Shown here: positions 48,624 to 56,755 of the stretch, in pieces
Numbering within the stretch: the first letter of the stretch is position 1
How the letters are laid out: each line of letters begins with the position of its first letter
Position numbers and translations under genes: made by a program
Notes under the pieces: generated by a model
What the model saw: only the letters and a program-made list of their open reading frames with translations
Databases searched by the model: none
What the model was told of the DNA's origin: nothing
Assembly: GCA_039798785.1 (NCBI GenBank)
Contig: JBDKFG010000001.1
Location: 160,001 to 224,000, forward strand
DNA: 64,000 bases
Origin: Verrucomicrobiota bacterium
GTDB lineage: Bacteria > Verrucomicrobiota > Lentisphaeria > Lentisphaerales > Lentisphaeraceae
Reading direction: 5' to 3'

Positions 48624-48727
48624 GCTCAGGTTGACCGCAGAAGACGCAGAAGAACGCAGAAAGCGTGATCGGCTGAGCGGGACCCGTTCATCTTTCTGCA
48701 TTTTGTGCTCTTTGTGCCTTTTGTGGC
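48624..48727. repeat. Inverted 9-bp tandem repeat arrays
   Basis: (CGCAGAAGA)n at 48634-48662 facing CTTTCTGCA-TTTTGTGCT-CTTTGTGCC-TTTTGTGG. Confidence 0.7.
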
Positions 48728-48786
48728 CGTCTGGCTCATCTTCGCTTCTTCGTTCCTTCGAATGATACAGGTCGCTAAAAACCGCA

Positions 48787-48960
48787 GTTGCAAGGTTGGA
48801 AGGTTCAAAGGTTGAAAGGGATCAGCTACAACAGAAAGAGGTTATGGTGTTCGAGTTTGCTCGGCAAATCCTGCGACTGGCAGTCATGCAGGTCGAACTT
48901 GAATCGTCATTTGTCGCTGTTGTTCATGCGTTAGCCTTTCAACCTTCCAACCTTTCAACC
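48787..48960. repeat. Inverted 8-bp tandem repeat arrays around a ~115-bp spacer
   Basis: GTTGCAAG-GTTGGAAG-GTTCAAAG-GTTGAAAG versus CCTTTCAA-CCTTCCAA-CCTTTCAA-CC. Confidence 0.8.
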
Positions 48961-49054
48961 TGGTTCCATCCGCTACTGCGGAATTTAGGTTCAAAGATTG
49001 CAAGGCAGATCTGGGACAGCAGACAGGGCCTGACACGACCGGCGTTGCCTGGGA

Positions 49055-51439
49055 TCAGCGATACGCCAGCCAGCCGATGAGGCGGCTGCCGCAGAACGAC
49101 AGCAGGAACATCGATGCGGCGGAGATCGGCATCAGGACCGCCGCCTTCAAGGGCGTCAACTGGGCGCTGGCCGCGAGCCAGATGCCGACGCAGTTGTAGA
49201 GCAGTGACAAGCCGAGGACGGCCCAGACCAGCCCGAGGGCCAGTCGGGCAAAACGCAAATGCCGATGTAGCCGCGGCAAGGACGAGCCGAGGAGCACGCC
49301 ATCGCAAGCCGGACAGAAGGTGCTTTCGGCCCCGGCGACGGCAAGTCCGACGTCGGCTGCCCGCAGGGCGCCGGCGTCGTTGAGGCCGTCGCCGACGAAG
49401 AGGATCCGGTAATCCCGGGCGCGAAGATCCCCGACCGCCCGCAGCTTGTCCTGGGGCTGCTGGCGGAACCTCATCGTCGCGGCGGGCAGGATCTGACGCA
49501 GCTCGGCGGCGTCCTGCTCGCTGTCGCCGGAGAGAAGCTCGACGCGGCACTCCTGCAGTCCATGAGCCATCTGCGCCAGCCCGGGCCTCCAGGCGGGGTC
49601 GAAACGGAAGCGCCCGAGAAGTCGTCCGTCGAGGCGCAGGAAACTGCCTTCCCCGCGAGGCAGGCCGCAGAACTCCGCCGATCCGAGCTCGATCAAGCCG
49701 GCAGGACTCTGCGCCCGCAAGCCCTGTCCGGGCGTCTCGGCAAAATCACTCAAGCGGGGCGATTCCAGTCCCGAAGGCAGGAAGGCGGCGATGGCCCGGG
49801 CCGCCGGATGCAGGGATTGCCGCACCGCCGCGGAGAGGACGGCAAGCAGCTCGGCGCCGAGCGCTTCGCCCTCCCAGCTACAGCGGCAAGCGGAGCTGTC
49901 GCTGAGAGTGCCGGTCTTGTCGAGCGCGACGCAGTCGATGCGGGCGAGACGCTCCAGAGAGGCGGCATCCTTGAGAAAGAGGCCGTCACGGGCGGCCCGC
50001 CGCGCCGCAAAGCCGAGGCTCAGGCTGGAGCCAAGCGCCAGGGCGCAAGGACAGGCGACCACCAGGACGCAGTTGAAGACCGTCATGGCCGTCGCGGCGC
50101 CGGCGGCAAGGGCCCACCAAAGAGCCGCGAGACCAGCCACCAGAAAGACGCCGAAGGTGAAGGCCCAGCCCGCTTTCCGCCCCAGTTCCAAAGTGGAAAA
50201 ATCGCGGCTTTCTCGAAACACCGAATCCTTCCACAGGCCGGCGAGATAAGAAGCGTCGATGTCGCTCGCCGCCTCGACCTTGAGCATCCCTCCGACGGCC
50301 CTGGCGCCGGCGAAGACGCGCTCGCCGGGACGGACAGGCACCGGGCGGGATTCTCCGGTGACGAAGCTGTAATCGAGGGCGCCCTCGCCGTCGCGGACGC
50401 GACCGTCGACGGGAAGGAGCTCGCCTTGACGCAGGAGGACCAGATCGCCAGACTTCAGCCGGTCGCAAGGCAGGGTCTGGCTCTGCCCCTCCTTCTCCAC
50501 CGTGCTCCACAAAGGAAAGAAGCTGCGGTAGTCGTTGTCGAAGGCGAGGCGGCGGGCGGCAAGGCGCTGGAACCAGCGGCCGGAGAGCATCAGGAAGACC
50601 AGTCCGCAGAGGCTGTCGGCGTAGCCTTCGCCGCGGCCGGAGAGGATCTCCCACCAGGTTTGGACGAAGAGGGCTGCGAGGGCGAAGAAGACCGGGAAGT
50701 CGAGGCTCATGCTGCGGTTTCTGAGAAACTGCCAGCAGGCTCGCCACCAGTCGTGGGCGGAGAAGAAGAAGACCGGCAGGGTGAGCATCAGGTTGAGTCC
50801 GCCGAAGAGCTTCGCCAGCCCGTCTTCGCTTTCCAGGCCGAAATAAGCGGGGAAGGAGAAAAGCATGGCGTTGGCGAAGCAGAATCCGGCGACGACGAGG
50901 CGGATCAGGGGCAGGCGCGAGTCACGGCGCCGCGCCGGCTCGGCATCGCCGTCACTGAGGCGGAAGTCGGGAGCGTAGCCGATGCGCTCCAGGCTTTCGG
51001 CGATCTGACGCAGCCCGGTGCGGCCAGGATCGAAGAGGATGTCGGCTTCGCCCTTGGCGTAGTTCACCCGCGAGCTGAGGATGCCAGGCTGGAGACGACC
51101 GAGATTCTCGACCAGCCAGACGCAGGAGATGCAGTGGATCTGCGGCAGCCGCAAGGTCGCCAAGGCGCGGTCGTCCTGGCGGAACCGGAGGAGTCGCTTC
51201 GCCAACGCTTCGTCGTCGAGAAAGGCCCAACGTCCCTCCTGGCTCGGCCCCTGCCGAGAACCCGGCGACTCGGCCAGCTTGTAGTAGTCGCCGAGACCGT
51301 TTTCCTGCAGCAAGGTGTAGACGCTGACGCAGCCGCTGCAGCAGAAGGGCAGGGAGTCCTTCAGCAAGGGCTCCATGGAACAGGGGCCGCCGCAATGGCG
51401 GCAAGCCAAAATCTTCTCTTCCAGCACAAGTTCAGGCAT
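49055..51439 (-). CDS. Heavy-metal P1B-type ATPase (CcoI/FixI-like)
   Basis: CRHCG..FCCSGC, HCISC, TGES, CPC, DKTGT, HP, GDGLND. Confidence 0.9.
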   Translation of the reverse strand: MPELVLEEKILACRHCGGPCSMEPLLKDSLPFCCSGCVSVYTLLQENGLGDYYKLAESPGSRQGPSQEGRWAFLDDEALAKRLLRFRQDDRALATLRLPQIHCISCVWLVENLGRLQPGILSSRVNYAKGEADILFDPGRTGLRQIAESLERIGYAPDFRLSDGDAEPARRRDSRLPLIRLVVAGFCFANAMLFSFPAYFGLESEDGLAKLFGGLNLMLTLPVFFFSAHDWWRACWQFLRNRSMSLDFPVFFALAALFVQTWWEILSGRGEGYADSLCGLVFLMLSGRWFQRLAARRLAFDNDYRSFFPLWSTVEKEGQSQTLPCDRLKSGDLVLLRQGELLPVDGRVRDGEGALDYSFVTGESRPVPVRPGERVFAGARAVGGMLKVEAASDIDASYLAGLWKDSVFRESRDFSTLELGRKAGWAFTFGVFLVAGLAALWWALAAGAATAMTVFNCVLVVACPCALALGSSLSLGFAARRAARDGLFLKDAASLERLARIDCVALDKTGTLSDSSACRCSWEGEALGAELLAVLSAAVRQSLHPAARAIAAFLPSGLESPRLSDFAETPGQGLRAQSPAGLIELGSAEFCGLPRGEGSFLRLDGRLLGRFRFDPAWRPGLAQMAHGLQECRVELLSGDSEQDAAELRQILPAATMRFRQQPQDKLRAVGDLRARDYRILFVGDGLNDAGALRAADVGLAVAGAESTFCPACDGVLLGSSLPRLHRHLRFARLALGLVWAVLGLSLLYNCVGIWLAASAQLTPLKAAVLMPISAASMFLLSFCGSRLIGWLAYR

Positions 51440-51563
51440 CTGGTTCCCTCTCATTCTCGAGCAAGGCCCCAAGCAGAAAGCTGATGCACACTCCAAGTAA
51501 AATGCACATCATTATGCAGTTCAATCTATTGCAATCCACTGAATCCGGATTCGGATAACTTTT

Positions 51564-53447
51564 TCAATAGTGCCATTCAGGCTTCGGATCGAGATTCCTG
51601 GCCGCGAGATGCTGGTCGATGGTCTTGCTCAGATCGGCAAAGCTGCGAACAGGCTTGAAGAGATAGTCATTCATTCCGGCGACCAGAGCCTCGACCCGCA
51701 TCGACTCGTCAGTGTGGGCGGTGAGGGCGATGATCGGAGTCTGGCAGTTCTCCTGGCGCAGGCGCCGGGTGGCTTCGATGCCATTGAGAACGGGCATTTC
51801 GAGATCCATGAAGACGAGATCGGGCTTTTCCTTCAGGGCCAGGGCGATCGCCTCTTCGCCGTCGCGAGCCATCAGCACCTCAGCACCGCCGCGCTCGAGA
51901 AGGCGGCGCAGAAGCTGCAGGTTGACCAGGTTGTCGTCGACGGCGAGGAATCGGAAGCCGTTCCAATCCCCCGGCGCCTGGGGCGGCTTGATCTCGGCGC
52001 GATGCAATGGAGCCTCAAGATGCAGTGAGAAGCAGGATCCTTCCCCCAGACGGGATTTGACCGAGATGCCGCCGTTCATCATCTTCAAGAGCTTGTCGAC
52101 GATGCAGAGTCCGACGCCGACGCCGCCGAAACTGAGGCCTTCGCCTTGATTGTGGACAAAGGGCGTGAAGAGCCTGCTCATGGTCTCCTCGTCCATGCCC
52201 ATGCCGGTGTCGGAGACTTCGAAACAGAGCTGCTCCCCCTGGCGCCAGGCGCGCAGACCGATCTTTCCCTTCGGGGTGAAGCTGACGGCATTTGCCAACA
52301 AATGCCGGAGAATCTCGCGGATGCGATCGGGGTCGCCAAGGGCGGAAGCTTCGAACTCGACGCTGGCGCTGATCTCCATCTCCTGGCCGGGTTGAAGACG
52401 GGGCTGGATCTGTTCGCGCAGCACGTCGAGGATGGCGGCAGGCTCAAAGGGCTTCTTCTCCAGTCTCAGAAGACCGCTCTCCGCCTGGGTGAACTCGGTC
52501 ACCTCCTGGATGATGTCGAGCATCTGCAGTCCGGAGTTGCGGATCACGGCGAGCTGCTCGATCTGGGCGGCGACAAGCGAGCTCTCACTCAGCATCAAAT
52601 CGGAGTAGCCGATGACGCCGTTCAGCGGCGTCCGCAACTCGTGCGACAGGGCAGCAATGAAGCTCGCCTTGAATTTCCTTGCATTCTCGGCCTCGTCCCG
52701 AGCCTTCCGGAGATTCTCCATGGCGGCGATCTGCGAGCTGATGTCGCGCTCGATCGACATGTAATGGAGGATCTTGCCATCGGCATCGCAAATCGGCTCG
52801 ACCTCGATGTCGACCCAATAGCTATGGCCGTTTTTGTGGTAGTTGCAGAGGATTTCGTGAAAGCCCTTGCCTCCTTGAAGGCGGGAACGGATTCTCGCCA
52901 CCGCACCGCGATCCGTCAGCGGCCCCTGCAGCAGGTGACCTGGCTTGCGCCCTTTGGCTTCGTCGAATGTATAGCCCGTGAGACTGGTGAAGGCATCGTT
53001 GACCCAGCGGATGCTTCCGTCAGGATCGGTGAGAATCACGGCGTTGCCGGTGCGCTTCGAGATCGAAGCCAGGATCTCGCTTTCGCCACGCCTGTCGATC
53101 GACTCCGCCATCAGCTCCAGAGCCTGCTCGATCATTCCCTTGAGCGCAGGCAGCGCGGCCTCCAGATCTGGACCGCTGAGAAGCAGCAGCCCCAGATCCT
53201 CCCTGTCGATGCGAAGAGGCATCACCCAGGCCGGTGAGGAAACCCCAAGTCCCTCAGCCTGCTCCGGACTCAGCCGGCCGAAACCCTCGGGAAGCTTAGA
53301 TGCGTCCCCACTCGAGCCCGGATCCAAGGGCTGCAAGCCGCCAGCGACGCGCCTCCAGATCCGACACTCCAGTTGATTTGACCTGAGACGTCGCGCCAGC
53401 GACATCAGAGACTCGGACCAGCGACAAGACGAATTCGACATGGCCAT
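51564..53447 (-). CDS. PAS-domain hybrid histidine kinase/response regulator
   Basis: PAS (WVN.AF..LTGY), SHELRTPLN, DTG.G, REC (VDDN, MD..MP, KP); start uncertain. Confidence 0.9.
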   Translation of the reverse strand: MAMSNSSCRWSESLMSLARRLRSNQLECRIWRRVAGGLQPLDPGSSGDASKLPEGFGRLSPEQAEGLGVSSPAWVMPLRIDREDLGLLLLSGPDLEAALPALKGMIEQALELMAESIDRRGESEILASISKRTGNAVILTDPDGSIRWVNDAFTSLTGYTFDEAKGRKPGHLLQGPLTDRGAVARIRSRLQGGKGFHEILCNYHKNGHSYWVDIEVEPICDADGKILHYMSIERDISSQIAAMENLRKARDEAENARKFKASFIAALSHELRTPLNGVIGYSDLMLSESSLVAAQIEQLAVIRNSGLQMLDIIQEVTEFTQAESGLLRLEKKPFEPAAILDVLREQIQPRLQPGQEMEISASVEFEASALGDPDRIREILRHLLANAVSFTPKGKIGLRAWRQGEQLCFEVSDTGMGMDEETMSRLFTPFVHNQGEGLSFGGVGVGLCIVDKLLKMMNGGISVKSRLGEGSCFSLHLEAPLHRAEIKPPQAPGDWNGFRFLAVDDNLVNLQLLRRLLERGGAEVLMARDGEEAIALALKEKPDLVFMDLEMPVLNGIEATRRLRQENCQTPIIALTAHTDESMRVEALVAGMNDYLFKPVRSFADLSKTIDQHLAARNLDPKPEWHY

Positions 53448-53654
53448 CTCCTAGGTTGCCTCAAACAAACATCCTCATCCTAGGCTACAACCAAAAAAAA
53501 TCGAATGCAAGCCCCGCATCTCCTTTCCTTGCCTCCGCCTCCCATAATGCCGCGATTTCGGAAGCTCCTGCAAACTTGCCGGAAAGACAGTTGGCGACAT
53601 TGTCTGATGCGGACAAAACAGCTCCGCTTCGTCGAACCCTGAAGGATACCGATC

Positions 53655-53963
53655 ATGAAATTCCCGCTCCTCTGCAGCTCCCTCCTCGCTCTCGGCCTGA
53701 GCCTCAGCGCCGCTGACAAGACCTATCAGAAAACCGGCCCGGTAGTCGAAATCACCGACAGCAAAATCGTCCTGGAAACCAAGGACGACGGCAAATGGGA
53801 ATTCTCCCGCAGCGCCGTCACCAAGGCCGACGGCAGCGCCATCAAGGTCGGCGACAAAGTCACCGTGACCTACACGATGACTGCCACCGCCATCGAAGTC
53901 AAGGGCGACAAGAAAGCCGAGAAGAGCGGCGACAAGAAGGCTGAGAAAGCCGAGAAGAAGTGA
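53655..53963 (+). CDS. Small secreted beta-rich protein
   Basis: AAGGA RBS, signal peptide, KVGDKVTVTY; followed by a terminator. Confidence 0.75.
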   Translation: MKFPLLCSSLLALGLSLSAADKTYQKTGPVVEITDSKIVLETKDDGKWEFSRSAVTKADGSAIKVGDKVTVTYTMTATAIEVKGDKKAEKSGDKKAEKAEKK

Positions 53964-53984
53964 TCTCCGACGATCTCCGACTCG

Positions 53985-54022
53985 AATCAAGGCGACTCCG
54001 AAAGGGCTCGCCTTGATTTTTT
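53985..54022. terminator. Intrinsic terminator between convergent genes
   Basis: AATCAAGGCGA...TCGCCTTGATT-TTTT. Confidence 0.75.
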
Positions 54023-54027
54023 GCCGC

Positions 54028-55443
54028 TCACTTGCCGGCTCGGCAGAGCGCGAGCGCCTTATGGTGATTGTCACCGCTCCACTTGGCGAGAACGGCCAAG
54101 GGGATCATGCCCAGGAAGCCGAGGAAATGAACGATCACATGCGTCCCCGACTCGAAGGGATTGACCCGGGTGACGATGCAGAAGATGCCGAACAGGCACT
54201 CCGCCAGGATCAAGATCAGGATGACATGCTGGCGATAGGCGAAATGAAGGATCACTCCAAGAGGCGCGAGGATGATCGGCACCCAAAGCAGAACGCGTGC
54301 CGCATGATTGCTGACGGCAAACAACATCATCAGGTAGGCTCCCGCCAGGATGCAAAGGACGAACAGCGAGCCTGAGCTCCGGAAGACAAATCCCAGAAAA
54401 GTGCCGAAAAGGAGAACCCCGAGCGGAATCAGGAAATCGGGCCAGCTGAAGCGCTGGACCAGCATCAGGGAGATCAGGCAGACGAAATGAAAACTGAGCG
54501 CCGAGAAAAGCCTGGGCGCGAAAAACAGTTGCTGGATCGACTGCAATCTGCCAAGAGTCAATGGTCGAACGGCTTCGACGCTGCGTCCTTCGGGAGCAAA
54601 GAGGTCGACGATCAGCACCAGCGACCAGATCAGCGCCAGGAGCGGCGAAAAGCCGCCGTTGACCGCGAAAGCGACCAGCCCGAGGAAAACGCAGATCCGG
54701 CGGCCCCGGACATGGTTTTCGCTGGCCGGCGCCATGCCGGCGGCGGCGAGCTTGAGCATCAGGAAGATCACCAGCGGAGCCGAGACCACAGCCGCCATCA
54801 GCATTTCTGCATCCCAGGAGAATCCGGCGTGGCCGCCGTGAGCGAAGCGCCGGTAGGAAATCAATCCCGAGAGCAGGATCGGACCGAAGATGAACATCAG
54901 AACCAGGAAGATGAGACCGCTGCCGCGGGGCTTCTTGATCAAGTTGCCGCCGGCGAAATTCGGGTGCGAATTGCCCATGCAGAGATTGAACGCCGCCATC
55001 ACCGAACCGAGAAGACACAGAAGGCAGAGAAGAAGGACGTCCTCTAGGAAGTTGCCTTTCGCGATGAAGTAACGAGCCACCGCATAAGGCAGGGCTGAAG
55101 TGAGGAAAAGGACTCCGACAAGGCTGGCGCTGAGCCACTTGCCGGTGACGATGCGCCAGGAGTCCAGACGGGTCAGGAAGAGCATCTGCAAGGTGTTTTC
55201 CCGTAGCTCGCTGTTGATCGCATCGCCGGCATGCAGGGCCGGAATGATCAACATCGGCAGGGCGGCGCAGAAGATGATGGCCTGGCTCATCTCCTTGGTT
55301 GAGAAACTGATCAGAAGAAGCACAATGAGCAGGATGTGGTAGGTGGCGAAGGTGAGGGTGAAGCTGCGTGAGCGCAGCGACTGACGCATTTCCTTGATCA
55401 TCACCGCCGGCAGGCGGTCGGGAAAGTCCTGGGCGAGGAACAT
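54028..55443 (-). CDS. ABC-2-type permease-like membrane protein
   Basis: IKEMRQSLRSR, E....TLQML.LT.L....IVTGKW; many TM segments. Confidence 0.75.
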   Translation of the reverse strand: MFLAQDFPDRLPAVMIKEMRQSLRSRSFTLTFATYHILLIVLLLISFSTKEMSQAIIFCAALPMLIIPALHAGDAINSELRENTLQMLFLTRLDSWRIVTGKWLSASLVGVLFLTSALPYAVARYFIAKGNFLEDVLLLCLLCLLGSVMAAFNLCMGNSHPNFAGGNLIKKPRGSGLIFLVLMFIFGPILLSGLISYRRFAHGGHAGFSWDAEMLMAAVVSAPLVIFLMLKLAAAGMAPASENHVRGRRICVFLGLVAFAVNGGFSPLLALIWSLVLIVDLFAPEGRSVEAVRPLTLGRLQSIQQLFFAPRLFSALSFHFVCLISLMLVQRFSWPDFLIPLGVLLFGTFLGFVFRSSGSLFVLCILAGAYLMMLFAVSNHAARVLLWVPIILAPLGVILHFAYRQHVILILILAECLFGIFCIVTRVNPFESGTHVIVHFLGFLGMIPLAVLAKWSGDNHHKALALCRAGK

Positions 55444-55507
55444 GAGGCACTCACAGTTGAAAGATGGAAAGAGGAGAAGATGGAATGATTGACGCCTAAT
55501 TGATGAA

Positions 55508-56662
55508 TCAGCTCTCCTTCCACCAGAGATGCGCTTCCCGCAAAGCCGCGACGACGCGCCGCGGATCAGCGTGACCCGCCTGCTCAAGCGCGGCGATCAT
55601 CGCGCCTTCGTCGAAGGCACCCGCCTGCTCACCGGGGAACCAATGGTTCTTTTTGCCGAGAAGCTGATAACGCATCTTGCCGAAGGAGAACATGCCGAGT
55701 GCGCTGGCGAGATTGTGGAATCTCAGGATGTCAAGCAGATTGACGCGGCCGGGGGTCGCCTCGATCTCGGGCAGATGGCGATCCCAATGCTGCAACCACT
55801 CACCACCCAGGCAGGCCTTCATCTCCTGCTGGATCGCAAGGTCGACCGAGGCGACGGCATCGCGATCGCCAAGCCCGGCAAGTGAGGCCAGATGCTCGTC
55901 GAAGTCGGCCGGCTGTGCGGCCCCCACCGACAGGGTGTGGATATGTGGATTCTGCAGGCAGAAGCGGTTGTTGAAGCCGATTGGCGAGTAAGGAGAGCAG
56001 AGGCGGCGAAGCTTGTCCGGCGGATCGTAGAGGCGTCCTCCCTTGTCGGAAGGCGAGATGATGAATATCCCCATGTCGCGGGCGGCAGCATCCTCGACGG
56101 CGGCATGGTTGCGCTGATTGAAGTAATACCAGTGGAGATTGACGTAGTCGAAGGCTTCGGTGGCGATGCTGCGGCGGATGAGCTCGGTCTGGCCGTGGGT
56201 GGAAAAGCCGAGGAAGCGGAAAAAGCCGCGCTGGCGCCAGTGCTCGCAAATCTCCAGGCAATGGCTCTCGACCCAGTCGAGATGCTCCTGGGTGTTGATG
56301 CCGTGAATCGCCAGTAGGTCGATCCTGTCGAGCCCCAGGTTGCTGAAGGAGGTGACGATCTCCGCCTCGAATTCCTTCGGATCGGCGCGCGGCTGGACCT
56401 TGGTCTGCAGGATGATCTTGTCACGAGGCAGCTCCGCGATCACCGGCCCCATCTGGATCTCCGAAGAACCGTATCCACGCGCCGTTTCAAAATGATTGAT
56501 GCCCAGCTCGAAAGCCCGGTGGATGGTGCGCCGCAGATTCTCCTGGCCAGCCGCTTGGATCTCCTCCCGGCGGAGATCCTCCCAGGACTGCATGAAGCGC
56601 ATGCCGCCACAAGAGAATACCGGCATCTGCAATTCAGTGCGGCCAAAACGACGGTAGAGCAT
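55508..56662 (-). CDS. Aldo/keto reductase
   Basis: YRRFGRTEL, GGMR, HFETARGYG.SE, QTK, DLLAIHGIN. Confidence 0.88.
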   Translation of the reverse strand: MLYRRFGRTELQMPVFSCGGMRFMQSWEDLRREEIQAAGQENLRRTIHRAFELGINHFETARGYGSSEIQMGPVIAELPRDKIILQTKVQPRADPKEFEAEIVTSFSNLGLDRIDLLAIHGINTQEHLDWVESHCLEICEHWRQRGFFRFLGFSTHGQTELIRRSIATEAFDYVNLHWYYFNQRNHAAVEDAAARDMGIFIISPSDKGGRLYDPPDKLRRLCSPYSPIGFNNRFCLQNPHIHTLSVGAAQPADFDEHLASLAGLGDRDAVASVDLAIQQEMKACLGGEWLQHWDRHLPEIEATPGRVNLLDILRFHNLASALGMFSFGKMRYQLLGKKNHWFPGEQAGAFDEGAMIAALEQAGHADPRRVVAALREAHLWWKES

Positions 56663-56755
56663 GAGCGACCTCTGTATCAGGGTTTGTATGGCTTAGGCAG
56701 TTTAATGAGTGTAAGGCTTTTGAACAAGTCGGGCGTCCTGCACGGCTTGATTTTT

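Noticed and set aside
48796..49080. 94-aa ORF across the octamer element
   Set aside because: Built largely from repeat sequence, with a TTG start and no clear RBS
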